A DNA stretch of 64,000 nucleotides from Heterodontus francisci (Eukaryota): positions 123,923,593 through 123,987,592 of the forward strand of contig NC_090378.1 in assembly GCF_036365525.1 (NCBI RefSeq). Direction: 5' to 3'. Below are positions 52,538-64,000 of the stretch, in pieces. The notes below the pieces were generated by a model, which was not told where the DNA came from, ran no database searches, and saw only the letters and a list, made by a program, of their open reading frames with translations. The position numbers and the translations under genes were made by a program. Each line of letters opens with the position of its first letter. The stretch's first letter is position 1.

Positions 52538-55281
52538 TATCCAGTACTCTCAGTAGGTTTGTATGTCTAAGGATGTGTGTATTACACAGTGCAGTCATTT
52601 GGTGGGTTCCTCTGAGAATGGGTCTGTTACCCAGTATTGTCTGTAGGTGTGTGTCTCTGAGTGTGGGTGTGTTACCCAGTACTGTCTGTAGGTGCGTGTC
52701 TCTGAGTATGTGTCTTACCCAGTACTGTCTGCAGGTGTGTGTCTCTGAGTGTGTGTGTGTTAAACAGTACTGTCTGCAGGTGTGTGTCTCTGAGTGTGGG
52801 TGTGTTACCCAGTACTGTCTGTAGGTGTGTGTCTCTGAGTTTGAGTGTGTTACCCAGTACTGTCTGTAGGTGTGTGTCTCTGAGTTTGAGTGTGTTACCC
52901 AGTACTGTCTGTAGGTGTGCATCTCTGATTGTGGGTGAGTTACCCAGTTCTGTCGGTAGGTGTGTATCTCTGAGTGTGGGTGTGCTACCCAGTTCTGTCT
53001 GGAGGTGTGTATCTCTGAGTTTGGGTGTGTTAGCCTGTACTGTCTGTAGGTGTGTGTTTCTGAGTGTGGGTGTGTTACCCAGTACTGTCTGTAGGTGTGT
53101 GTCTCTGAGTTTGAGTGTGTTACCCAGTACTGTCTCTAGGTGTGTAACTCTGATTGTGGGTGAGTTACCCAGTACTGTCGGTAGGTGTGTATCTCTGAGT
53201 GTGGGTGTGTTACCCAGTTCTGTCTGGAGGTGTGTATCTCTGAGTGTGGGTGTGTTCCCCAGTACTGTCTGTAGGTGTGTATCTCTGAGTGTGGGTGTGT
53301 TACCCAGTTCTGTCTGGAGGTGTGTATCTCTGAGTGCGGGTATGTTACCCAGTACTGTCTGTAGGTGTGTATCTCTGAGTGTGGGTGTGTTACCCAGTTC
53401 TGTCTGGAGGTGTGTATCTCTGAGTGTGGGTGTGTTACCCAGTACTGTCTGTAGGTGTGTGTCTCTGAGTGTGGGTGTGTTACCCAGTACTGTCTGTAGG
53501 TGTGTGTCTCTGAGTGTGGGAGTGTTACCCAGTACTGTCTGTAGGTGTGTGTCTCTGAGTGTGGGTGTGTTACCCAGTACTGTCTGTAGGTGTGTGTCTC
53601 TGAGTGTGAGTGTGTTACCCAGTACTGTCTGTAGGTGTGTGTCTCTGAGTGTGAGTGTGTTACCCAGTACTGTCTGCAGGTGTGTGTCTCTGAGTTTGAG
53701 TATGTTACCCAGAACTGTCTGTCGGTGTGTGTCTCTGAGTTTGAGTGTGTTACCCAGTACTGTCTGTCGGTGTGTATCTCTGAGTTTGAGTGTGTTACCC
53801 AGTACTGTCTGTAGGTGTGTGTCTCTGAGTTTGAGTGTGTTACCCAGTACTGTCTGTAGGTGTGTATCTCTGAGTTTGAGTGTGTTACCCAGTACTGTCT
53901 GTAGGTGTGTGTCTCTGAGTTTGAGTGTGTTACCCAGTACTGTCTGTAGGTGTGTGTCTCTGAGTTTGAGTGTGTTACCCAGTACTGTCTGTAGGTGTGT
54001 GTCTCTGAGTTTGAGTGTGTTACCCAGTACTGTCTGTAGATGTGTGTCTCTGAGTGTGGGTGTGTTACCCAGTACTATCTTTAGGTGTGTATCTCTGAGT
54101 GTGGGTGTGTTACCCAGTTCTGTCTGGAGGTGTGTATCTCTGAGTGCGGGTATGTTACCCAGTACTGTCTGTAGGTGTGTATCTCTGAGTGTGGGTGTGT
54201 TACCCAGTTCTGTCTGGAGGTGTGTATCTCTGAGTGTGGGTGTGTTACCCAGTACTGTCTGTAGGTGTGTGTCTCTGAGTGTGGGTGTGTTACCCAGTAC
54301 TGTCTGTAGGTGTGTGTCTCTGAGTGTGGGAGTGTTACCCAGTACTGTCTGTAGGTGTGTGTCTCTGAGTGTGGGTGTGTTACCCAGTACTGTCTGTAGG
54401 TGTGTGTCTCTGAGTGTGAGTGTGTTACCCAGCACTGTCTGTAGGTGTGTGTCTCTGAGTGTGAGTGTGTTACCCAGTACTGTCTGCAGGTGTGTGTCTC
54501 TGAGTTTGAGTATGTTACCCAGAACTGTCTGTCGGTGTGTGTCTCTGAGTTTGAGTGTGTTACCCAGTACTGTCTGTCGGTGTGTATCTCTGAGTTTGAG
54601 TGTGTTACCCAGTACTGTCTGTAGGTGTGTGTCTCTGAGTTTGAGTGTGTTACCCAGTACTGTCTGTAGGTGTGTATCTCTGAGTTTGAGTGTGTTACCC
54701 AGTACTGTCTGTAGGTGTGTGTCTCTGAGTTTGAGTGTGTTACCCAGTACTGTCTGTAGGTGTGTGTCTCTGAGTTTGAGTGTGTTACCCAGTACTGTCT
54801 GTCGGTGTGTATCTCTGAGTTTGAGTGTGTTACCCAGTACTGTCTGTAGGTGTGTGTCTCTGAGTTTGAGTGTGTTACCCAGTACTGTCTGTAGGTGTGT
54901 ATCTCTGAGTTTGAGTGTGTTACCCAGTACTGTCTGTAGGTGTGTGTCTCTGAGTTTGAGTGTGTTACCCAGTACTGTCTGTAGGTGTGTGTCTCTGAGT
55001 TTGAGTGTGTTACCCAGTACTGTCTGTAGGTGTGTGTCTCTGAGTTTGAGTGTGTTACCCAGTACTGTCTGTAGATGTGTGTCTCTGAGTGTGGGTGTGT
55101 TACCCAGTACTGTCTGTAGGTGTGTGTCTCTGAGTGTGGGTGTGTTACCCAGTACTGTCTGTAGGTGTGTGTGTCTGAGTGTGTGTGGGTTACCCTGTCC
55201 TGTCTGTAGGTGTGTGTCTCTGAGTGTGTGTGGGTTACCCAGTACTGTCTGTAGGTGTGTGAGTCTGAGTGTGGGTGTGTT

Positions 55282-55711
55282 ATAGAATCATAGAGTTATA
55301 CAGCACAGAACCAGGCCCTTCAGCCCATCGTGTCTTTGCCAACCATCAAGCACCTATCTATTCTAATCACATTTTCTGGCACTTGGCCCATAGCCTTGTA
55401 TGCTATGGCATTTCAAGTGCTCATCTAAATACATCTTAAATGTTGTGAGGGTTCCTGCCTCTACCAAGTGTTCAGGCAGTGCATTCCAGATTCGCACCAC
55501 CCTCTGGGTGAAAATTCTTTTCCTCTAAGCCTCCTGCCTCTTAGTTTCAATCTATGCACACTGGTTATTGACCCCTCCACTAAGGCAAAAGGTTTCTTCC
55601 TATCTATCCTATCAATGCACCTCATAATTTTATATACCTCAATCAGGTCCTCCATCAGCCTTCTCTGCTCTAAGGAAAACAACCCTAGCCTATCCAATCT
55701 CTCTTCATAGC
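55282..55711 (-). mobile_element. CR1 3' fragment inside the satellite (copy 2, near-identical to copy 1)
   Basis: Same sequence and junctions as 52108-52537, offset 3174 bp. Confidence 0.88.
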
Positions 55712-58700
55712 TATCCAGTACTCTCAGTAGGTTTGTATGTCTAAGGATGTGTGTATTACACAGTGCAGTCATTTGGTGGGTTCCTCTGAGAATGGGTCTG
55801 TTACCCAGTATTGTCTGTAGGTGTGTGTCTCTGAGTGTGGGTGTGTTACCCAGTACTGTCTGTAGGTGCGTGTCTCTGAGTATGTGTCTTACCCAGTACT
55901 GTCTGCAGGTGTGTGTCTCTGAGTGTGTGTGTGTTAAACAGTACTGTCTGCAGGTGTGTGTCTCTGAGTGTGGGTGTGTTACCCAGTACTGTCTGTAGGT
56001 GTGTGTCTCTGAGTTTGAGTGTGTTACCCAGTACTGTCTGTAGGTGTGTGTCTCTGAGTTTGAGTGTGTTACCCAGTACTGTCTGTAGGTGTGCATCTCT
56101 GATTGTGGGTGAGTTACCCAGTTCTGTCGGTAGGTGTGTATCTCTGAGTGTGGGTGTGCTACCCAGTTCTGTCTGGAGGTGTGTATCTCTGAGTTTGGGT
56201 GTGTTAGCCTGTACTGTCTGTAGGTGTGTGTTTCTGAGTGTGGGTGTGTTACCCAGTACTGTCTGTAGGTGTGTGTCTCTGAGTTTGAGTGTGTTACCCA
56301 GTACTGTCTCTAGGTGTGTAACTCTGATTGTGGGTGAGTTACCCAGTACTGTCGGTAGGTGTGTATCTCTGAGTGTGGGTGTGTTACCCAGTTCTGTCTG
56401 GAGGTGTGTATCTCTGAGTGTGGGTGTGTTCCCCAGTACTGTCTGTAGGTGTGTATCTCTGAGTGTGGGTGTGTTACCCAGTTCTGTCTGGAGGTGTGTA
56501 TCTCTGAGTGCGGGTATGTTACCCAGTACTGTCTGTAGGTGTGTATCTCTGAGTGTGGGTGTGTTACCCAGTTCTGTCTGGAGGTGTGTATCTCTGAGTG
56601 TGGGTGTGTTACCCAGTACTGTCTGTAGGTGTGTGTCTCTGAGTGTGGGTGTGTTACCCAGTACTGTCTGTAGGTGTGTGTCTCTGAGTGTGGGAGTGTT
56701 ACCCAGTACTGTCTGTAGGTGTGTGTCTCTGAGTGTGGGTGTGTTACCCAGTACTGTCTGTAGGTGTGTGTCTCTGAGTGTGAGTGTGTTACCCAGTACT
56801 GTCTGTAGGTGTGTGTCTCTGAGTGTGAGTGTGTTACCCAGTACTGTCTGCAGGTGTGTGTCTCTGAGTTTGAGTATGTTACCCAGAACTGTCTGTCGGT
56901 GTGTGTCTCTGAGTTTGAGTGTGTTACCCAGTACTGTCTGTCGGTGTGTATCTCTGAGTTTGAGTGTGTTACCCAGTACTGTCTGTAGGTGTGTGTCTCT
57001 GAGTTTGAGTGTGTTACCCAGTACTGTCTGTAGGTGTGTATCTCTGAGTTTGAGTGTGTTACCCAGTACTGTCTGTAGGTGTGTGTCTCTGAGTTTGAGT
57101 GTGTTACCCAGTACTGTCTGTAGGTGTGTGTCTCTGAGTTTGAGTGTGTTACCCAGTACTGTCTGTAGGTGTGTGTCTCTGAGTTTGAGTGTGTTACCCA
57201 GTACTGTCTGTAGATGTGTGTCTCTGAGTGTGGGTGTGTTACCCAGTACTGTCTGTAGGTGTGTATCTCTGAGTGTGGGTGTGTTACCCAGTACTGTCTG
57301 TAGGTGTGTATCTCTGAGTGTGGGTGTGTTACCCAGTACTGTCTGTAGGTGTGTATCTCTGAGTGTGGGTGTGTTACCCAGTTCTGTCTGGAGGTGTGTA
57401 TCTCTGAGTGCGGGTATGTTACCCAGTACTGTCTGTAGGTGTGTATCTCTGAGTGTGGGTGTGTTACCCAGTTCTGTCTGGAGGTGTGTATCTCTGAGTG
57501 TGGGTGTGTTACCCAGTACTGTCTGTAGGTGTGTGTCTCTGAGTGTGGGTGTGTTACCCAGTACTGTCTGTAGGTGTGTGTCTCTGAGTGTGGGAGTGTT
57601 ACCCAGTACTGTCTGTAGGTGTGTGTCTCTGAGTGTGGGTGTGTTACCCAGTACTGTCTGTAGGTGTGTGTCTCTGAGTGTGAGTGTGTTACCCAGCACT
57701 GTCTGTAGGTGTGTGTCTCTGAGTGTGAGTGTGTTACCCAGTACTGTCTGCAGGTGTGTGTCTCTGAGTTTGAGTATGTTACCCAGAACTGTCTGTCGGT
57801 GTGTGTCTCTGAGTTTGAGTGTGTTACCCAGTACTGTCTGTCGGTGTGTATCTCTGAGTTTGAGTGTGTTACCCAGTACTGTCTGTAGGTGTGTGTCTCT
57901 GAGTTTGAGTGTGTTACCCAGTACTGTCTGTAGGTGTGTATCTCTGAGTTTGAGTGTGTTACCCAGTACTGTCTGTAGGTGTGTGTCTCTGAGTTTGAGT
58001 GTGTTACCCAGTACTGTCTGTAGGTGTGTGTCTCTGAGTTTGAGTGTGTTACCCAGTACTGTCTGTCGGTGTGTATCTCTGAGTTTGAGTGTGTTACCCA
58101 GTACTGTCTGTAGGTGTGTGTCTCTGAGTTTGAGTGTGTTACCCAGTACTGTCTGTAGGTGTGTATCTCTGAGTTTGAGTGTGTTACCCAGTACTGTCTG
58201 TAGGTGTGTGTCTCTGAGTTTGAGTGTGTTACCCAGTACTGTCTGTAGGTGTGTGTCTCTGAGTTTGAGTGTGTTACCCAGTACTGTCTGTAGGTGTGTG
58301 TCTCTGAGTTTGAGTGTGTTACCCAGTACTGTCTGTAGGTGTGTATCTCTGAGTGTGGGTGTGTTACCCAGTACTGTCTGTAGGTGTGTGTCTCTGAGTG
58401 TGGGTGTGTTACCCAGTACTGTCTGTAGGTGTGTATCTCTGAGTGTGGGTGTGTTACCCAGTACTGTCTGTAGGTGTGTATCTCTGAGTGTGGGTGTGTT
58501 ACCCAGTACTGTCTGTAGGTGTGTGTCTCTGACTGTGGGTGTGTTACCCAGTACTGTCTGTAGGTGTGTGTCTCTGAGTGTGGGAGTGTTACCCAGTACT
58601 GTCTGTAGGTGTGTGTCTCTGAGTGTGGGTGTGTTACCCAGTACTGTCTGTAGGTGTGTGTCTCTGAGTGTGAGTGTGTTACCCAGTACTGTCTGTAGGT

Positions 58701-61700
58701 GTGTGTCTCTGAGTGTGAGTGTGTTACCCAGTACTGTCTGCAGGTGTGTGTCTCTGAGTTTGAGTATGTTACCCAGAACTGTCTGTCGGTGTGTGTCTCT
58801 GAGTTTGAGTGTGTTACCCAGTACTGTCTGTCGGTGTGTATCTCTGAGTTTGAGTGTGTTACCCAGTACTGTCTGTAGGTGTGTGTCTCTGAGTTTGAGT
58901 GTGTTACCCAGTACTGTCTGTAGGTGTGTATCTCTGAGTTTGAGTGTGTTACCCAGTACTGTCTGTAGGTGTGTGTCTCTGAGTTTGAGTGTGTTACCCA
59001 GTACTGTCTGTAGGTGTGTGTCTCTGAGTTTGAGTGTGTTACCCAGTACTGTCTGTAGGTGTGTGTCTCTGAGTTTGAGTGTGTTACCCAGTACTGTCTG
59101 TAGATGTGTGTCTCTGAGTGTGGGTGTGTTACCCAGTACTGTCTGTAGGTGTGTATCTCTGAGTGTGGGTGTGTTACCCAGTACTGTCTGTAGGTGTGTG
59201 TCTCTGAGTGTGGGTGTGTTACCCAGTACTGTCTGTAGGTGTGTGTCTCTGAGTGTGGGAGTGTTACCCAGTACTGTCTGTAGGTGTGTGTCTCTGAGTG
59301 TGGGTGTGTTACCCAGTACTGTCTGTAGGTGTGTGTCTCTGAGTGTGAGTGTGTTACCCAGTACTGTCTGTAGGTGTGTGTCTCTGAGTGTGAGTGTGTT
59401 ACCCAGTACTGTCTGCAGGTGTGTGTCTCTGAGTTTGAGTATGTTACCCAGAACTGTCTGTCGGTGTGTGTCTCTGAGTTTGAGTGTGTTACCCAGTACT
59501 GTCTGTCGGTGTGTATCTCTGAGTTTGAGTGTGTTACCCAGTACTGTCTGTAGGTGTGTGTCTCTGAGTTTGAGTGTGTTACCCAGTACTGTCTGTAGGT
59601 GTGTATCTCTGAGTTTGAGTGTGTTACCCAGTACTGTCTGTAGGTGTGTGTCTCTGAGTTTGAGTGTGTTACCCAGTACTGTCTGTAGGTGTGTGTCTCT
59701 GAGTTTGAGTGTGTTACCCAGTACTGTCTGTAGGTGTGTGTCTCTGAGTTTGAGTGTGTTACCCAGTACTGTCTGTAGATGTGTGTCTCTGAGTGTGGGT
59801 GTGTTACCCAGTACTGTCTGTAGGTGTGTATCTCTGAGTGTGGGTGTGTTACCCAGTACTGTCTGTAGGTGTGTATCTCTGAGTGTGGGTGTGTTACCCA
59901 GTACTGTCTGTAGGTGTGTATCTCTGAGTGTGGGTGTGTTACCCAGTTCTGTCTGGAGGTGTGTATCTCTGAGTGCGGGTATATTACCCAGTACTGTCTG
60001 TAGGTGTGTATCTCTGAGTGTGGGTGTGTTACCCAGTTCTGTCTGGAGGTGTGTATCTCTGAGTGTGGGTGTGTTACCCAGTACTGTCTGTAGGTGTGTG
60101 TCTCTGAGTGTGGGTGTGTTACCCAGTACTGTCTGTAGGTGTGTGTCTCTGAGTGTGGGAGTGTTACCCAGTACTGTCTGTAGGTGTGTGTCTCTGAGTG
60201 TGGGTGTGTTACCCAGTACTGTCTGTAGGTGTGTGTCTCTGAGTGTGAGTGTGTTACCCAGCACTGTCTGTAGGTGTGTGTCTCTGAGTGTGAGTGTGTT
60301 ACCCAGTACTGTCTGCAGGTGTGTGTCTCTGAGTTTGAGTATGTTACCCAGAACTGTCTGTCGGTGTGTGTCTCTGAGTTTGAGTGTGTTACCCAGTACT
60401 GTCTGTCGGTGTGTATCTCTGAGTTTGAGTGTGTTACCCAGTACTGTCTGTAGGTGTGTGTCTCTGAGTTTGAGTGTGTTACCCAGTACTGTCTGTAGGT
60501 GTGTATCTCTGAGTTTGAGTGTGTTACCCAGTACTGTCTGTAGGTGTGTGTCTCTGAGTTTGAGTGTGTTACCCAGTACTGTCTGTAGGTGTGTGTCTCT
60601 GAGTTTGAGTGTGTTACCCAGTACTGTCTGTCGGTGTGTATCTCTGAGTTTGAGTGTGTTACCCAGTACTGTCTGTAGGTGTGTGTCTCTGAGTTTGAGT
60701 GTGTTACCCAGTACTGTCTGTAGGTGTGTATCTCTGAGTTTGAGTGTGTTACCCAGTACTGTCTGTAGGTGTGTGTCTCTGAGTTTGAGTGTGTTACCCA
60801 GTACTGTCTGTAGGTGTGTGTCTCTGAGTTTGAGTGTGTTACCCAGTACTGTCTGTAGGTGTGTGTCTCTGAGTTTGAGTGTGTTACCCAGTACTGTCTG
60901 TAGATGTGTGTCTCTGAGTGTGGGTGTGTTACCCAGTACTGTCTGTAGGTGTGTGTCTCTGAGTGTGGGTGTGTTACCCAGTACTGTCTGTAGGTGTGTA
61001 TCTCTGAGTGTGGGTGTGTTACCCAGTACTGTCTGTAGGTGTGTATCTCTGAGTGTGGGTGTGTTACCCAGTACTGTCTGTAGGTGTGTGTCTCTGACTG
61101 TGGGTGTGTTACCCAGTACTGTCTGTAGGTGTGTGTCTCTGAGTGTGGGAGTGTTACCCAGTACTGTCTGTAGGTGTGTGTCTCTGAGTGTGGGTGTGTT
61201 ACCCAGTACTGTCTGTAGGTGTGTGTCTCTGAGTGTGAGTGTGTTACCCAGTACTGTCTGTAGGTGTGTGTCTCTGAGTGTGAGTGTGTTACCCAGTACT
61301 GTCTGCAGGTGTGTGTCTCTGAGTTTGAGTATGTTACCCAGAACTGTCTGTCGGTGTGTGTCTCTGAGTTTGAGTGTGTTACCCAGTACTGTCTGTCGGT
61401 GTGTATCTCTGAGTTTGAGTGTGTTACCCAGTACTGTCTGTAGGTGTGTGTCTCTGAGTTTGAGTGTGTTACCCAGTACTGTCTGTAGGTGTGTATCTCT
61501 GAGTTTGAGTGTGTTACCCAGTACTGTCTGTAGGTGTGTGTCTCTGAGTTTGAGTGTGTTACCCAGTACTGTCTGTAGGTGTGTGTCTCTGAGTTTGAGT
61601 GTGTTACCCAGTACTGTCTGTAGGTGTGTGTCTCTGAGTTTGAGTGTGTTACCCAGTACTGTCTGTAGATGTGTGTCTCTGAGTGTGGGTGTGTTACCCA

Positions 61701-63419
61701 GTACTGTCTGTAGGTGTGTATCTCTGAGTGTGGGTGTGTTACCCAGTACTGTCTGTAGGTGTGTATCTCTGAGTGTGGGTGTGTTACCCAGTACTGTCTG
61801 TAGGTGTGTATCTCTGAGTGTGGGTGTGTTACCCAGTTCTGTCTGGAGGTGTGTATCTCTGAGTGCGGGTATGTTACCCAGTACTGTCTGTAGGTGTGTA
61901 TCTCTGAGTGTGGGTGTGTTACCCAGTTCTGTCTGGAGGTGTGTATCTCTGAGTGTGGGTGTGTTACCCAGTACTGTCTGTAGGTGTGTGTCTCTGAGTG
62001 TGGGTGTGTTACCCAGTACTGTCTGTAGGTGTGTGTCTCTGAGTGTGGGAGTGTTACCCAGTACTGTCTGTAGGTGTGTGTCTCTGAGTGTGGGTGTGTT
62101 ACCCAGTACTGTCTGTAGGTGTGTGTCTCTGAGTGTGAGTGTGTTACCCAGCACTGTCTGTAGGTGTGTGTCTCTGAGTGTGAGTGTGTTACCCAGTACT
62201 GTCTGCAGGTGTGTGTCTCTGAGTTTGAGTATGTTACCCAGAACTGTCTGTCGGTGTGTGTCTCTGAGTTTGAGTGTGTTACCCAGTACTGTCTGTCGGT
62301 GTGTATCTCTGAGTTTGAGTGTGTTACCCAGTACTGTCTGTAGGTGTGTGTCTCTGAGTTTGAGTGTGTTACCCAGTACTGTCTGTAGGTGTGTATCTCT
62401 GAGTTTGAGTGTGTTACCCAGTACTGTCTGTAGGTGTGTGTCTCTGAGTTTGAGTGTGTTACCCAGTACTGTCTGTAGGTGTGTGTCTCTGAGTTTGAGT
62501 GTGTTACCCAGTACTGTCTGTCGGTGTGTATCTCTGAGTTTGAGTGTGTTACCCAGTACTGTCTGTAGGTGTGTGTCTCTGAGTTTGAGTGTGTTACCCA
62601 GTACTGTCTGTAGGTGTGTATCTCTGAGTTTGAGTGTGTTACCCAGTACTGTCTGTAGGTGTGTGTCTCTGAGTTTGAGTGTGTTACCCAGTACTGTCTG
62701 TAGGTGTGTGTCTCTGAGTTTGAGTGTGTTACCCAGTACTGTCTGTAGGTGTGTGTCTCTGAGTTTGAGTGTGTTACCCAGTACTGTCTGTAGATGTGTG
62801 TCTCTGAGTGTGGGTGTGTTACCCAGTACTGTCTGTAGGTGTGTGTCTCTCAGTGTGGGTGTGTTACCCAGTACTGTCTGTAGGTGTGTATCTCTGAGTG
62901 TGGGTGTGTTACCCAGTACTGTCTGTAGGTGTGTATCTCTGAGTGTGGGTGTGTTACCCAGTACTGTCTGTAGGTGTGTATCTCTGAGTTTGAGTGTGTT
63001 ACCCAGTACTGTCTGTAGGTGTGTATCTCTGAGTGTGGGTGTGTTACCCAGTACTGTCTGTAGGTGTGTATCTCTGAGTTTGAGTGTGTTACCCAGTACT
63101 GTCTGTAGGTGTGGCTGCTATGTTTTGAAGATGCAATGGCACGTTTCACTATCACAGACGTCACAAGGAAAAAGGCCTTACTTTGACACTTGGAGGTGAA
63201 GAATTAGAATATGGTTTTCCAGCATACGGCCCACGGGCCAGACTTCAGCCCTGCAAAGCACTTCGGTGGGCAGCTCTATTTTTGTGAGGATCCCCGACCC
63301 ACACAACGTGGCTGTGCCCAGCGGGAGAGTGTCATTCACATCCTGTCTCTGTAATCCACATTGATGGAGAATGAACAGATGGGGAATGGGCAGCAGAGAC
63401 AGGGGAGCCGGGATTGTAG

Positions 63420-63945
63420 GGCGGGGAGTGGAAAGCGAGGAGTGGAGCGTGGAGTGGGGATTGGAGAACGGACAGTGGGGAGTGGAGAGCGTGGAGTGGG
63501 GAGTGGTGAACGGACAGTGGGGAGTAGAGAGCGTGGAGTGGGGAGTGGAGAACGGACAGTGGGGAGTGGAGAGCGTGGAGTGGGGAGTGGAGAACGGACA
63601 GTGGGGAGTGGAGAGCGTGGAGTGGGGAGTGGAGAACGGACAGTGGGGAGTGGAGAGCGTGGAGTGGAGAACGGACAGTGGGGAGTGGGGAGCGTGGAGT
63701 GGAGAACGGACAGTGGGGAGTGGAGAGCGTGGAATGGGGAGTGGAGAAAGGACAGTGGGGAGTGGAGAGCGTGGAGTGGGAATGGAGAACGGACAGTGGG
63801 GAGTAGAGGCGTGGAGTGGGGAGTGGAGAACGGACAGTGGGGAGTGGAGAGCGTGGAGTGGGGAGTGGAGTGTGGGTAGTGGGGAGAGGAGAGTGGGCAG
63901 TGGAGAGTGGGCAGTGGAGAGTGGGAAGTGGAGGGTGGGGAGCAG
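63420..63945 (+). repeat. G-rich ~42-bp tandem repeat built of 7-mers
   Basis: GGAGAACGGACAGTGGGGAGTGGAGAGCGTGGAGTGGGGAGT units. Confidence 0.9.
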
Positions 63946-64000
63946 GGATCAGGGACTGGGGAGCAGGCAGTGAGGAGGAGGGAATGAGAGACAAACAGAG

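Larger units (their letters stand above)
50905..63115. repeat. 45-bp GT-rich satellite (~12 kb span) with two embedded CR1 fragments
   Basis: Unit GAGTGTGGGTGTGTTACCCAGTACTGTCTGTAGGTGTGTGTCTCT; a variant subtype (..GTGTGTGGGTTACCC..) occupies 50905-52100. Confidence 0.98.

Noticed and set aside
50905-63115. 45-bp satellite as a KDE-like RSS array (GAGTGTG ends)
   Set aside because: Sequence at the 12- and 23-bp nonamer positions does not resemble GGTTTTTGT.
52672-63199. ORFs of 587-2428 aa on both strands
   Set aside because: 15-aa periodicity from the 45-bp satellite; no domain, promoter or splice evidence.

Overview
Repeat-rich eukaryotic DNA from a cartilaginous fish (shark-like). It holds one unjoined immunoglobulin kappa-type (NS4/type III) light-chain cluster on the + strand: promoter, leader exon (12542-12590), V exon (12777-13078) with a 12-RSS, one J (41547-41581) with a degenerate 23-RSS, and one C exon (49372-49700). 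The main anomaly is the V-J interval. It is normally a few hundred bp in shark clusters but here spans about 28.4 kb. About 25.6 kb of it is a 61-bp satellite (~420 copies) that starts a few bases after the V nonamer, with two RSS-heptamer-like CACAGT motifs per unit. The rest of the window is other tandem arrays (32, 43-44, 45 and ~42 bp units), CR1/L2/Tx1-like LINE fragments, a Deu-type SINE, a hAT MITE with TSD and two N gaps. The very long ORFs in the track are artefacts of tandem repeats. Family names come from recalled motifs, not database searches.
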